Shown: positions 29,327 to 40,207, counted from the first letter of the stretch. The stretch is 64,000 nt of DNA from an uncultured virus (IMG/VR IMGVR_UViG_3300011813_000035) (IMGVR_UViG_3300011813_000035:1-64000); one strand, 5' to 3'. Made by a program: numbers and translations. Notes: generated by a model from the sequence alone, not told the origin.

Positions 29327-29537
29327 ACAAGCACCACCTTACTATGGTAATTATCTGTAAGTAGTATTTGTATTAATAAATTTATTATGCATTTAATATA
29401 CCATAAAACTTGTTGCAAATGAGCAACACTTCCTAAACGTCGTGTTTCTCATCCTAAACGTTGATTTGTGATTTTTCGTTGTGCAAATTTACCAATAATG
29501 GTAAGGTATAGAGGGCTGGATAACCAACTATAATATA

Positions 29538-29963
29538 TTAGGATATAATAATATCAATCTCTGTACGTGGGTTCTCTTTGTCATACCCCGTTTTTAATGT
29601 GAGTGAATGTAAATGTGATTCATCATCGTCCACAATGAATCCAGATTCAGTAAATGAATCCAAAAGAAATTTGGGTACTTGATTATCTACATCGTGTCGC
29701 CTTCTCGATTCAAAAAAGACAGTTATGATAATATCAAAACTGTCCAGTTTCATATCCGTATATCCTAGATCTTCAATAAGCCACATTCCAAACACTTTCC
29801 ACTTCTGTTTCAAAGCATTCATTTGTATTCTTGGCAGAATACACCACTGGTTTATGGAAGGATGTCTGGGCTTATCAATGGGCTTCTTCTTTGCTTTAGG
29901 ATGTTGAGAAAAGTAATACTGATTGTATTTTTCTACAACGTTGTTATCTATGATAAGTTTTAT
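29538..29963 (-). CDS. RusA-like Holliday junction resolvase (probable ATA/ATT start)
   Basis: 'RRRHDVDNQVPKFLLDSFTESGFIVDDD' RusA motif; frame open to 29966 after SD AAGGAAGTG. Confidence 0.75.
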   Translation of the reverse strand: MKLIIDNNVVEKYNQYYFSQHPKAKKKPIDKPRHPSINQWCILPRIQMNALKQKWKVFGMWLIEDLGYTDMKLDSFDIIITVFFESRRRHDVDNQVPKFLLDSFTESGFIVDDDESHLHSLTLKTGYDKENPRTEIDIIIS

Positions 29964-30002
29964 AATTTCACTTCCTTTTCTGCAATATAAAAAGAAGCGG
30001 AA

Positions 30003-30827
30003 TTAAGCCGCTTCTTCGTAATAATCAATTAATTTTTTCGTCAACCAGATCTGACCCTTTCCAGTCAACAAAGGTTTGTATGTAATGAAAATTCTACCGT
30101 TACGCTCATTTGTATTTTCTTTATATTCCATATAGCCACCAGAAAGCATTTGCTGAGATGGTTTATTTTTTAAATCATAACTTGAACATAAATATCCCTG
30201 ATCCCTACACCATTCCATAACCGTATTTCTTCCCAGTTTGCTTGATTTAAGCTCTTTGTTATTTTGCAGCGTTGCCGAAAAGTCTCCAAAAGAAACGGAA
30301 GTCTCGGAAACTTGGATAGCATCGTGAAATTCTGCCTTTGGTTTTAATTCCTTGTTCTCTGCTATAAGTGGGGCAGTAGCCTCATTGACTTCTAACTCAG
30401 ATAATTGTTTGCTTGCTAATATAGCATTCTGTCCGCCATCATAAATTGATAATAATAATTTTGATTTTAAATGTTCATCTGATAAAATTATTTCTTCCAT
30501 TTCAGCAAATCGTTTCACATATTTAGCAGTAAACAAGATACCTTTTTCGCCAGTAAATTTGTTGGCTAAGAAATCACATCCAAGACGAGTTACGTCATAA
30601 CAGGGCCTTTCTTCACCTTTTCCGTCAATGTAAGACGTTTTGATAAAATAATCAACCACCACAAAATCGTGGGCGTTTAAAATTGGGATTATTCCTTTTG
30701 TTTTCTTGTCTTTGGTTCCCTCTAACTTTTCAAGAACCTTGTAATGATTCATTTCCATCATCTCAGCAATTTCAAGAGTAGAAATTGTGTTATTGCCGTT
30801 GCCTGATACATTAATTAATTCGTTCAT
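30003..30827 (-). CDS. Rha family / KilAC-domain antirepressor
   Basis: 'ISTLEIAEMM...CYDVTRLGCDFLANKFTGEKG..FTAKYVKRF' Rha; 'LKPKAEFHD...LLTGKGQIWL' KilAC. Confidence 0.85.
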   Translation of the reverse strand: MNELINVSGNGNNTISTLEIAEMMEMNHYKVLEKLEGTKDKKTKGIIPILNAHDFVVVDYFIKTSYIDGKGEERPCYDVTRLGCDFLANKFTGEKGILFTAKYVKRFAEMEEIILSDEHLKSKLLLSIYDGGQNAILASKQLSELEVNEATAPLIAENKELKPKAEFHDAIQVSETSVSFGDFSATLQNNKELKSSKLGRNTVMEWCRDQGYLCSSYDLKNKPSQQMLSGGYMEYKENTNERNGRIFITYKPLLTGKGQIWLTKKLIDYYEEAA

Positions 30828-31068
30828 GTTTTATCCTCGTTCTTTCTTATTTTGTCCCTCTGGAGTAGAAGAGCAGTGAACGTGGTCAGAGGAGTCCCAC
30901 TTCGCAAAGGAGCGACCTTCGCTATTCACTACCCAAGGGAGAGGTCAATAACTTCTCTCCACACAGATATTGAAAATACCTGTATCAACTTATTGTTGCT
31001 CATACAGTTATTCTCCGTTTTAACATATAAAAAGAGCGAAATCATTTACATGAAATCGCTCTTTCAAC

Positions 31069-31578
31069 TTAGAATCCGTTTTTAAGTTTTTCTTTATATG
31101 ACTCATTGACAATTTCCATTGATAAATCAACTTCTCCATTGGTCATATGGTTGTCTTTAAGCATCTTCTCGTATTTTTCATATGTGCGAAGACAATGTTT
31201 ATAACTATCCTTGTTGCATGGCTTGCCATCGGAAACTATTGTAGAGAAATTAATTATTTCCCATCTCATAGTATCAATTTCTCTATCTATAAACATGGTT
31301 TTTAGTTCTGCCAAATCTGACCTAATTCCCACATCATGCTTAATAGATTCTTCAACATCAATATTTCTCTGATTTCTCAGTTCAACCAATTCACTAGATG
31401 TCTTCATTAATAATTCATGATCCTCACGCTTTTTTCTTAACCACTTAAATTCCAATCCGGTTTTATCAGCGATCCATTCTAAAAGTGCAAGAATACCTTT
31501 AAATCCTGTAAAAATTATGAATATGCTTGATAACACAAGTGGAAAATCAACTTGCGACAGTGCTTTTATTTCGTTCAC
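31069..31578 (-). CDS. membrane protein, putative holin-like
   Basis: N-terminal TM helix, 'YEKYEK....TNGEVD' motif. Confidence 0.55.
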   Translation of the reverse strand: MNEIKALSQVDFPLVLSSIFIIFTGFKGILALLEWIADKTGLEFKWLRKKREDHELLMKTSSELVELRNQRNIDVEESIKHDVGIRSDLAELKTMFIDREIDTMRWEIINFSTIVSDGKPCNKDSYKHCLRTYEKYEKMLKDNHMTNGEVDLSMEIVNESYKEKLKNGF

Positions 31579-31601
31579 TCATTATGTACCTGCCTCTCGA
31601 A

Positions 31602-31991
31602 TTATAACGCGTTATTCTTGATATCAAATAATGCGGTGCCAACTAAGGAGTCTAAATAGTCCTCAAAATCTGAATTGGCTTCTTTTAAACATTTGTAAAT
31701 AGCAGTTGATAATGCCTGACATACTTTGGTTTTAGCTAACTCTTTTACTTCCATCTGTTTTTCCGGTGTCCAATCAGATGTTTTTTTTATATCCTTGACT
31801 TCAACTTCGTAAACAGATTTGACGGATTTTACAACTTCTGCATATAAGATAGTAGCGTACTTATCTAGTTTCTTTGTTTGTAACCATGTATAGGACTGTT
31901 TCCATGCATATCCCAAGATAGGGACTAATACAACTGTCCAAATGGTGGATAATACTTCCATAATGTTAATACTCTGTAGCACTTCATTCAT
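31602..31991 (-). CDS. putative holin (LL-H-like)
   Basis: N-terminal TM helix, 'VKSVYEVEV' motif. Confidence 0.55.
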   Translation of the reverse strand: MNEVLQSINIMEVLSTIWTVVLVPILGYAWKQSYTWLQTKKLDKYATILYAEVVKSVKSVYEVEVKDIKKTSDWTPEKQMEVKELAKTKVCQALSTAIYKCLKEANSDFEDYLDSLVGTALFDIKNNAL

Positions 31992-32112
31992 GAGATGATC
32001 TCCTTATAAGGGGAAATGGCAAACCTTCCTGACTATTGGATAAATCCTCACAGGTATGTTATCCACTTTTACACACATTGTCTTGCGTAACCTATTAATA
32101 TTATTTCGTTTT

Positions 32113-32286
32113 TTAGGAATAAAATTCAGCCAATGCTTCAAATAACTCTTTGGTTTTCTCATACTTATAGGTAATTAAACCATTTATTTTCTTCACAAAA
32201 GTATATCTGATTCCCATTTCGGTCAGATAGTTTATTTCAGCCAAATATTGGCTTTGATACTCTTTGTCAAATTTTGTTTCGTAAAT
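32113..32286 (-). CDS. small phage protein (DUF5659-like), probable ATT start
   Basis: 'FDKEYQSQYLAEINYL...YKYEKTKELFEAL'; SD GAAAGGA 9 nt before ATT. Confidence 0.55.
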   Translation of the reverse strand: MYETKFDKEYQSQYLAEINYLTEMGIRYTFVKKINGLITYKYEKTKELFEALAEFYS

Positions 32287-32382
32287 CGTTTTCAGTCCTT
32301 TCAAAAGTAAAAAATAGGGATATATAGTTTTCTATGAATAGATTGCTATGTATCCCTATTTCTACACTAGTCTATTCAATCA

Positions 32383-32580
32383 TTATTTCTCAGAAACCGA
32401 TGTCGGCGCTTCTCTAATCGTATATTTTCCATTGTCACAAATTAATTCGACTGTTTTGCCGATATATCGTTCAACGTGATCAGTTTTATTGAATACAATC
32501 TGTGTGGAAATTTTGTCAATATCTACAATAACACAATCGTAATCACGATCATTAATTACTTCTTTTACTTTTAGCTTCAC
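32383..32580 (-). CDS. hypothetical protein
   Basis: 65 aa, SD AAGGAGG, GTG start. Confidence 0.6.
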   Translation of the reverse strand: MKLKVKEVINDRDYDCVIVDIDKISTQIVFNKTDHVERYIGKTVELICDNGKYTIREAPTSVSEK

Positions 32581-32611
32581 GAATAGCCCTCCTTAAATAT
32601 GAAAGATGGGA

Positions 32612-33412
32612 TTAAGCCCATCTTGTCATCTGAATCATTGTTGAGCTGTTAGGCGCTTTCATGATTTCACATTCAAATGAAGTTGGAGTTGGATCACCCT
32701 CTGCACTAAAGTCCAGATTCAAATTTGAACTCCATTTTAAGTTAGGGATAACAACCTGAAATGCTTCATCTTTACCGGTTTCTCTGTTTCTAATAACAGT
32801 ATTACCTACAAGTTTATATGTACCACTAAAGTGTGAAGAATCAATTACATATGTCTCAGTAGATGCAGCACTGGAGAATGTGTAGTAAACCACAAGTTTT
32901 TTGTCAGCAGCGGCAGGTACGGTTAAAGTTTTGCCTGTTAAAGTTGCGTTTGTCATAACGATAGCTGTGCCACAGTCATTTTCAACTTCATATACAAGAA
33001 TTCCAGATGCAGCCTCTTTAGGAACATATGCTAATTCAATTACGCCAGACGGAGAGGCAGTAAGCGGAAATAATTCACCTTTATCAACTGGAGTAGACCC
33101 AGTTGTATCGTATGCTGTAGCCTGTCTCATATATACGGTCTGAGCACCAGTAACGGTTGCCACACCTGAAATTAATTCCAAGGATTTTGGAGAGAGAAGA
33201 GCATCCTCAATCGTAAGTTTACCTTCTTTATTAAGTTCCCATGTAATTAACTTTGCATTACCTTTGCCACCTCTGGCATAAACCTTTTCTGATGTCACCT
33301 CAATACTAGATGTCTTTAATGTATCAAAGAAAATAGCTGGCTTACTCGTAGACATGTCATATAAGATTACATCCATGACCTCTTTAGCACCAAATTTTGT
33401 ATTAGCACCCAT
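32612..33412 (-). CDS. major tail (tube) protein
   Basis: 'KFGAKEVMDV...DTLKTSSIE..SEKVYARGGKGNAKLITW...SAEGDPT' SPbeta-like tube motif. Confidence 0.8.
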   Translation of the reverse strand: MGANTKFGAKEVMDVILYDMSTSKPAIFFDTLKTSSIEVTSEKVYARGGKGNAKLITWELNKEGKLTIEDALLSPKSLELISGVATVTGAQTVYMRQATAYDTTGSTPVDKGELFPLTASPSGVIELAYVPKEAASGILVYEVENDCGTAIVMTNATLTGKTLTVPAAADKKLVVYYTFSSAASTETYVIDSSHFSGTYKLVGNTVIRNRETGKDEAFQVVIPNLKWSSNLNLDFSAEGDPTPTSFECEIMKAPNSSTMIQMTRWA

Positions 33413-33462
33413 TTTGTTTCCTCCTTAATTTTTGCAATAAAAAAGATCAGCAATTAACTGAT

Positions 33463-34254
33463 CTAATTTTCTTTTTGTTTTATTTTTGAAAGCCAATGCT
33501 GAAGTTTAACTTCATCACTCTTTGCACCAGCAAGTAACGCTTGAATATTAACGTGAAAATCATCCATTATTTTGAGACGATTAAATTGATTATTGAATTG
33601 ATATACATCATATAAGTCATAAACATTCTGTAATGGGATGTGCTCTGCCTCTGCAAAGATACTTATCAAGTCGGCCATTGTCAGATCCTCATCGTCATCG
33701 CCAAATCGTTTTAATTTATTGACCTTTTCTCTGAGTACCCGGCGCTTTTCCAATAATTTTTTAGCCATATCATTATCCGGATTATCCATATTCTCCATTT
33801 GATTAATGTCTATTAGGCAGTTTCGGCTTTTAAGGATTTGTCTAAATTTATCATAGTTAATACTATTTAAGAGGTGTTTGTTTTCATCTCCAATAATAAA
33901 TCCATAATTCAAATCAAAAATCACTTTCTCCCTAAAAAATAGACTTAAAAAGGAGGGGATCAGTTCACACAATAGGTTAGTACTTGACTGTATTTCACCA
34001 TTCTCCAATGCTTTATATTCTTGCAGCAGATTTAGTACAATATATAGGAAAGTAGAAGATTGTTCTGCATCAGATAAATATTCTTTAGCTTTATCTTCGT
34101 CCATGCACATTAAAGAAATAATACTTTGCGCCTTCGTAAATCCGTAATCAGCCATATCTCCCAATGTCACCTTATGTGTGGGTATTTCATCGAGATACAA
34201 GATACTGCCTTTCTGCAATTTATGTTCTAGGTCAGGTTTATTTAAAGGAATCAC
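33463..34254 (-). CDS. tail assembly chaperone-like protein
   Basis: 'YQFNNQFNRL...ALLAGAK...LQHW' motif; synteny. Confidence 0.55.
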   Translation of the reverse strand: MIPLNKPDLEHKLQKGSILYLDEIPTHKVTLGDMADYGFTKAQSIISLMCMDEDKAKEYLSDAEQSSTFLYIVLNLLQEYKALENGEIQSSTNLLCELIPSFLSLFFREKVIFDLNYGFIIGDENKHLLNSINYDKFRQILKSRNCLIDINQMENMDNPDNDMAKKLLEKRRVLREKVNKLKRFGDDDEDLTMADLISIFAEAEHIPLQNVYDLYDVYQFNNQFNRLKIMDDFHVNIQALLAGAKSDEVKLQHWLSKIKQKEN

Positions 34255-34258
34255 CGCC

Positions 34259-34744
34259 TTATAATTTATCTTTCATGTTAAATTCAGAGCAACTATATAT
34301 AAGTTGTTTACCGTAATATTTATCTCCTATAGTCAGATATGTGACAGAATTTAGTTGAAGGCGCCCAATTCCAAATTCTCTTGAACTTTGTAGTTTTCTA
34401 TCTAACATGTCCGTTAGAATGTCAGCTCTTGTTCCTAAAAACCCTTTTTTTGAATACCTCATATAATCTTTATCTTTGTGGCAGTAACACCAAATAATAA
34501 TCTTCATGTCCTTAACCGAAAAATTAGCCACTCTAGGTACATCGACTTCCATACATATGTAGGACTTTGTTTCAACCTGAGTATCATTTACGTACAGGTA
34601 CGGAAATACGTATTTATAGATTAAACTGTCATCTACAGTATCTTGATTATAGCCCTTCCCTAACATTAGTTCGCATATATCGTTCGACTTTAGAACGAAA
34701 GACGTTAAATCGGATTTGTATTCGCCAATATCTTTTAAAGTCAT
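34259..34744 (-). CDS. tail terminator / neck protein
   Basis: 161 aa, 'RADIL...FGIGRLQL'; synteny. Confidence 0.55.
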   Translation of the reverse strand: MTLKDIGEYKSDLTSFVLKSNDICELMLGKGYNQDTVDDSLIYKYVFPYLYVNDTQVETKSYICMEVDVPRVANFSVKDMKIIIWCYCHKDKDYMRYSKKGFLGTRADILTDMLDRKLQSSREFGIGRLQLNSVTYLTIGDKYYGKQLIYSCSEFNMKDKL

Positions 34745-34754
34745 TCAACACCTC

Positions 34755-35789
34755 CTAAAATGCACTTATCAAAACATTAATTGATGTTGAAAATCCGCTA
34801 TGTTCATCTTTTACTGAGATTACTAAAGTTGATTGATCCATATTTTTGTCATCACATGAAATTTGTAATTCGTTATCTACTATGACCATTTCTACTAGAC
34901 CTTCTGTTTCAATAGCCCAAATAGGTGTCATGTCCAAATAGTCGCCACTTTTATCCGTTAACGAAGCCGTAAATTTCTTTTTATTACCGCCAATGCGAAT
35001 AATATTGGAACCAGTATAATTAATGTGTGCAAATAAATTCGCTGTTTCATCTGGATCTGGATTTAATGGGAGAGTGGAAGATGAGATATATCCAGCTATC
35101 CAAGCCTCAGTTCCATCGTCAAGCATAATACGTTTATCTAGATCCTTATTATAAGCATCAAATGTTAATGTAAGACTCATATTACTGCCTCGACCAAAAT
35201 ATTGGTAATTATTTAGATTAACTTTACGATTTGTAAGTTTGTAAATATCTGGCTCTTTTGCATCATCTAAATCAATTGAAAAACGCATATCTCTTTTGAG
35301 TTGCTTAGTTTCTTCGTCAATCGGAATAGTAAGTCCATATTGATTGTCACCAATTGTAATTGTATTATTAGCTGAAATTCCAGAAGAGTATTTGGTAAAG
35401 TCCTCTGAAAATGCCCATCTCTGGACAATCTCACCTTTTGAATTCTGCCACCTTAAAGGGACTGTACACAAATACATATATCCCGAATGATATGCTTTTT
35501 CGTCTGGATCAATTAGAGTCACTAGCCAGTACTGATTGTTCCACTCAATATAGTCACCTAGATTAAATGGAGTAGAGTGTTTGGTCTTGATTTTCTTCTT
35601 AAACGTATTTCCTTCTGCATCTCTAATAATAATTAACTCATATGGTTGTCCATTTCTAGTAACTACATGATAATCAATTGTATCAGCAAAATGATCATCT
35701 ACATGTTTGTTGAGCAAGTATAAATCGGTTTCTTGCTTATTAAAAGATTTATAGGCGTTGTTTATTTTTTGAAAATATGTAATATCCAT
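34755..35789 (-). CDS. head closure / neck protein
   Basis: 'FNLGDYIEWNNQYWLVT...CTVPLRWQN' motif; synteny. Confidence 0.55.
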   Translation of the reverse strand: MDITYFQKINNAYKSFNKQETDLYLLNKHVDDHFADTIDYHVVTRNGQPYELIIIRDAEGNTFKKKIKTKHSTPFNLGDYIEWNNQYWLVTLIDPDEKAYHSGYMYLCTVPLRWQNSKGEIVQRWAFSEDFTKYSSGISANNTITIGDNQYGLTIPIDEETKQLKRDMRFSIDLDDAKEPDIYKLTNRKVNLNNYQYFGRGSNMSLTLTFDAYNKDLDKRIMLDDGTEAWIAGYISSSTLPLNPDPDETANLFAHINYTGSNIIRIGGNKKKFTASLTDKSGDYLDMTPIWAIETEGLVEMVIVDNELQISCDDKNMDQSTLVISVKDEHSGFSTSINVLISAF

Positions 35790-35797
35790 TAGCCCAC

Positions 35798-36286
35798 CTA
35801 TTCTGAACATTGACTATAGTCAATCAACTTTTTTTTCCCAGTCAATCTGTTTACAGATGCGTATTGTGAGATCATGGCCACATTTTCATTCTTGATTTCT
35901 TTCAACATATCGGTAAATGTTTTTCTTTCGGAAGCTGGTGAAAATTGATTTAAATCACTGGGAGTCATTGATATCTTAAATGCTTTAAGTAAAGATAAAT
36001 CCCTGTTAAAATAAACTTCTCTCATTAAGTCGGATATAATACCTTGTTCTTTTTTTGTTAGATCGAAGTTAAATTCTGCCATGTCCTCGCTATAGTCAAA
36101 AAAATCTACATCAGGCGTGCATTCGTCAACCAATCTTTCTATTGCTTCATACAAATAGTTTACCGCCTGACTCTTTGCTAAAACCATGGCTTCGTCTAAT
36201 GAAACATTATAATAAGAAAAAAAGTCTCTATCCTTTTCTATTTTACGAAAGAATTTTTGTATTAAAGAATCAAATGGTGTTGACAA
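35798..36286 (-). CDS. head-tail adaptor protein
   Basis: 162 aa, 'FNFDLTKKEQGII'; synteny. Confidence 0.55.
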   Translation of the reverse strand: MSTPFDSLIQKFFRKIEKDRDFFSYYNVSLDEAMVLAKSQAVNYLYEAIERLVDECTPDVDFFDYSEDMAEFNFDLTKKEQGIISDLMREVYFNRDLSLLKAFKISMTPSDLNQFSPASERKTFTDMLKEIKNENVAMISQYASVNRLTGKKKLIDYSQCSE

Positions 36287-36299
36287 TTATATGCACCCC

Positions 36300-36989
36300 C
36301 TAATTTTTCTTAGGTCTTCCAGGCTTCTTAACTGGCTCTTCTTTTACTTCTTCATTGTCATCGTTAGCATCAATATTACCGGATTGTGATGCAAACATTC
36401 TTTCCATCATTTCCTGCATTTGAGCCATTTGTTTTTGCAGGACGACGTTCTGCTCTTTTATAGCAACTACTTCCTCTGTCTGGATAGCAGAAGTAATATC
36501 TTTTGGTTTAATCACTATTTCAGTGTTACGAATGCCTCTTCGTAGTTCTTCTGCTCTTGCCTTAATAATTCTTTCTACACGCATGGAAATATCATTGTCA
36601 GTAGTGTTCTTTAGTCGAGTAAACACTCCCCTAAGCCTATCAAAAGTTCCAATATCTTTTATACCAACCAGTTTCATTAACTTTTCCATTGTTGGATGTA
36701 AGATAATATCCTCCATTTCTTTAATGGTCAGTAACTCTTTCCAATTTGGGATTCTTAAATAGTCCTCGTACAATTCTTTCTCAAATTCTTCTGGAAATCT
36801 TAAAATACCACTCTTAAATGCAGCGGAATTTCCATTGATGTAAAGTATTTCCTCTAAATCAAGTGGAAGTATGGTTGGAGTTTCACTGTCAATCGCTGGC
36901 TCGATTCCATAACTATCATGCTTTGTAGATACAACAACGACATTTTCATTGTAATTAAGCAGATTAATCGTTTTCATATCCTTAATCAT
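36300..36989 (-). CDS. virion-associated protein (SPbeta YonA-like position)
   Basis: Follows capsid gene; ends 'KKPGRPKKN'. Confidence 0.55.
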   Translation of the reverse strand: MIKDMKTINLLNYNENVVVVSTKHDSYGIEPAIDSETPTILPLDLEEILYINGNSAAFKSGILRFPEEFEKELYEDYLRIPNWKELLTIKEMEDIILHPTMEKLMKLVGIKDIGTFDRLRGVFTRLKNTTDNDISMRVERIIKARAEELRRGIRNTEIVIKPKDITSAIQTEEVVAIKEQNVVLQKQMAQMQEMMERMFASQSGNIDANDDNEEVKEEPVKKPGRPKKN

Positions 36990-37041
36990 TTATACCCGTC
37001 CTTTTTGCTAGGAGAGGATTAACCTCTCCCGTATTTATTTT

Positions 37042-38034
37042 TTATTTCGCCATTGTAATCTTGGCAAGTTTGCTAATGTCTGTAATACAATATCCATACT
37101 CAAATCCAGCAATCTTTACATTTACTTTTTCTTCGTTGTTGTCCATTGTTTCATAGACTCTAAGATCGCCCTTCTGATCAAGCGTACCAATCTTACCGGC
37201 AATACCAAAAATTTTCTTGTCGGGTAGGAGATAGGCACCAGAAACGAGTTTCTTAGAACCGGAGATAGAAGCAATATTAATACCATCGTTAAAGTTTACA
37301 AGTCCATATCTATTGAAGTTATTCTTCATATCCTCAGATAAATACTGTGCTCGTCCAGTCATTCTCCCAAGTGCCTGTGCATACTTAGAAAGGGTGACTG
37401 CAACAGGAGATGCATCTCTATCCAACAGATACAAGCTAAATTTATCCCATGTAGTAAGAGATGGTGCAGCTTCCGTTTCGGTAATTGCCTGTTCTCCGCC
37501 AGTGATTGCAGTATCTACGGTAGTAAACAGATCATAAAACTGCTTATTTCTTAATGCCTCCACCGCATAATTGGTTAACAAAGCAACAGATTTAAAGCCG
37601 TTACGTCTCATTTCAATATATGGAAGCTCAAACTCTACCTGGGCAGATTTCCAGGTCGGCTTTAAAGAAGCAAAGTCAATATAGGACTTATCAACGTTGC
37701 CACCAATTACAGCGTCGTATGCTTCGATAGTGTTTTTCGGAGTTTTGTCTACAGTATAATCATCAAACTCACTTACAGTTCCCCTGTCAAATAATCTATC
37801 CAATAACTCATCAGGGGCGTTGTAAACCTCGTCAATAGCAGTTCTCTTGATAAACGCTGCAATTTCGCAATCTTTATCATTTCCATTAGATGCAATCTCT
37901 TTTACCCATGCATCACAAATCTCAGACACTTCTTTTTCCTCTACAGAAAGATTTCTATTGTATGTAATCTTCTGGGCGATACTAAAAACCTGCCCATCCT
38001 TGTTCATTAATTCGGCAACTTCTGTTTTTAACAT
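37042..38034 (-). CDS. major capsid protein
   Basis: 330 aa, follows protease and decoration genes, followed by terminator. Confidence 0.75.
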   Translation of the reverse strand: MLKTEVAELMNKDGQVFSIAQKITYNRNLSVEEKEVSEICDAWVKEIASNGNDKDCEIAAFIKRTAIDEVYNAPDELLDRLFDRGTVSEFDDYTVDKTPKNTIEAYDAVIGGNVDKSYIDFASLKPTWKSAQVEFELPYIEMRRNGFKSVALLTNYAVEALRNKQFYDLFTTVDTAITGGEQAITETEAAPSLTTWDKFSLYLLDRDASPVAVTLSKYAQALGRMTGRAQYLSEDMKNNFNRYGLVNFNDGINIASISGSKKLVSGAYLLPDKKIFGIAGKIGTLDQKGDLRVYETMDNNEEKVNVKIAGFEYGYCITDISKLAKITMAK

Positions 38035-38107
38035 TCTTGTTCCTCCATTTGATTTTTGGCATAAAAATAACGGCTCTTACTTGCCGTTCAATTTAGTGTT
38101 TATTTAA

Positions 38108-38554
38108 TTAGTTAATCACTTCAATAACATGAAGAGTATGAGTATCAATTACCTTAGTCCCTCTATATACGAGTTTCGTGGTACTTTCGGATTTTACAAA
38201 TTTACCATTTGTACCAAGTGCTAAATAGTCACCTTTAACTGCACCTGTAGTAAACTGATCAGTTGCATATCTCTCAGGAAACACCGGGGAAATAAGTTTA
38301 ACCCCATTACCTGCCTTAATTTCCATAAACATTTCTTCATAATCTGAAAATTCACCAAGTCCAGTATAAATTCCCTCGGCACGTTTTTCTTTTGTAACAA
38401 AAAATACTCCTTTATCCGTAGGAGCATCTGGGAATCCAACTTCTTTGTCTTTTGTATAATCTTTTACGACACCCATACCAACTACCACATCTACAGTAGT
38501 TACATTTGTAGCGTCATATACCTTACCAGTATTTGTCTGTAATTCTCTTAACAT
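38108..38554 (-). CDS. capsid decoration / cement protein
   Basis: 148 aa between scaffold/protease and capsid genes. Confidence 0.55.
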   Translation of the reverse strand: MLRELQTNTGKVYDATNVTTVDVVVGMGVVKDYTKDKEVGFPDAPTDKGVFFVTKEKRAEGIYTGLGEFSDYEEMFMEIKAGNGVKLISPVFPERYATDQFTTGAVKGDYLALGTNGKFVKSESTTKLVYRGTKVIDTHTLHVIEVIN

Positions 38555-38569
38555 TTTATATTCCTCCTT

Positions 38570-40045
38570 TTAATTGCCTAAGTAGCTTTTCATAATAGAT
38601 TTCACGTCTAACTGCTCATCTTCTAAATTATTCAGATTAACAGAGGCGGTTGCTGTTTTAATCTCATCAGTATGTAGATTTTCAGATACTAAAGTTTCCT
38701 TACCATTTAAGGACTCCATATATCTCTCAGCTAAAATTGCCTTCAATGATTTATCATCCAAAGTATCAACATACCCCTTTAATTCTTCTGAGCTTTCAAT
38801 CTCTTCTTTCGTAATTAAACCTGATTTCGTAACTGAAGACACTAAAGTATCTTTCTTTTCCTGCAACTCAGCGGCGACCTTTTCCTGTTCATCTTTCTCA
38901 AATTTCTCTTTAAACGGAGTAAGAGTGCTTACTTCTGCTTTGAGTTTTGAAATTTCTTCTCCTGATTGGATAATAGCATCATCTTTTGTTGAAATTTCTG
39001 ATTCTAATTCTGCCACCTTTGTGTTGATTTCAGAAATACTTACTGTCAATTTCACATTTTCCGGATCAGAAACAGTAATGGTATCGTTGTTTACTTCGTA
39101 GGTCATACGAACAAAGTCTAATTCAGATTCCCTATCATCAACCTCCAACCAAACTTCTTTTTCTACTGGGAAATGAAAGGAGATCCAACACCACTTGTCT
39201 AATCTTGCTCTACAAGCCTCTCGGATCTTTTTTCTTAAATCATATTCAGTAAGCTGAGAAATTTCAGTTGTATCATTATTGGTTGTATTTAAGGTAGCAA
39301 CAGGAGTTTTTTCAATTGCTCCTTCTGCATTATTTTCAGCAACCTGTGTTACATTTTTTTTCTGCAAATTATTATCCTCCTTTGCTTTATTTTCTTTATC
39401 TAAACCATGACTTATAATGTCTTGGGATAGTGCCTCTGCAACCATCAATCCATCGCTCATATCTGTAGAAAGGGATAATGCTTTTGCATCTACTCCGTAT
39501 GATGGTTTTGCATATTCATATCCAAGTAATGTATTTGCTAAAAACTCATAATCAGCCACCGTTTTAATCCCATCTTTATATTCGTAAGAAGAGATGACGA
39601 TTTCCCAACTACCAAAGAGTTTCCCAATTGAAAAAAGCCGCCTTACGGCAGCCACCACATTTTCATATCTTTTCCATATTCTATATTTTGCATAAAGACA
39701 AGGTAAGTTTTTAATGACTCCGCGGACATCTACGTTGGCATTTTCTATATATACTTCGGTATGAGTGCCTATAGACTGAGTACCAAACGAAATATTACCG
39801 TTCTGATCTTTTGACATTTCATGTCCAGAGAATGTTGGCAGGCCCACAATATTAGTTCTATATTTTGCTTGAACTGGCATGTTAACTAAGGTCTGTGATT
39901 TGTCTTCAGCTCCGTCGGATGGAAGTAGTACACCATTTGCATTAGTGTCATCGTAGTAGCAAATTCTACTTGTAAGTTCCAAATAAGTGTTGCTTTCTGA
40001 TATTTCTACAACTTCACTAGCGATAAAAATATTTTCTGTATTCAT
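38570..40045 (-). CDS. prohead protease / scaffold
   Basis: 'DTNANGV...GHE...IGTHT...IWKRY...SWEI' protease-like N-terminus, acidic coiled-coil C-terminus. Confidence 0.7.
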   Translation of the reverse strand: MNTENIFIASEVVEISESNTYLELTSRICYYDDTNANGVLLPSDGAEDKSQTLVNMPVQAKYRTNIVGLPTFSGHEMSKDQNGNISFGTQSIGTHTEVYIENANVDVRGVIKNLPCLYAKYRIWKRYENVVAAVRRLFSIGKLFGSWEIVISSYEYKDGIKTVADYEFLANTLLGYEYAKPSYGVDAKALSLSTDMSDGLMVAEALSQDIISHGLDKENKAKEDNNLQKKNVTQVAENNAEGAIEKTPVATLNTTNNDTTEISQLTEYDLRKKIREACRARLDKWCWISFHFPVEKEVWLEVDDRESELDFVRMTYEVNNDTITVSDPENVKLTVSISEINTKVAELESEISTKDDAIIQSGEEISKLKAEVSTLTPFKEKFEKDEQEKVAAELQEKKDTLVSSVTKSGLITKEEIESSEELKGYVDTLDDKSLKAILAERYMESLNGKETLVSENLHTDEIKTATASVNLNNLEDEQLDVKSIMKSYLGN

Positions 40046-40060
40046 TTTTCACCACCTTCC

Positions 40061-40207
40061 TTAACCTAGAAGAATATTGTGCTTTGCAGACAATTCTTGC
40101 TCTAAAATGGCTTGTTCATTTAGATTATTTTCCTCGTCAATATTGATGACAGGTATAATAACTTGGAACTTTTCATCACAACAGGGACAACTAATTTCTA
40201 TTTTCAT
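40061..40207 (-). CDS. small protein, 48 aa (CPCC motif)
   Basis: Hand translation MKIEISCPCCDEKFQVIIPVINIDEENNLNEQAILEQELSAKHNILLG; ATGA overlap with portal stop. Confidence 0.5.
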   Translation of the reverse strand: MKIEISCPCCDEKFQVIIPVINIDEENNLNEQAILEQELSAKHNILLG

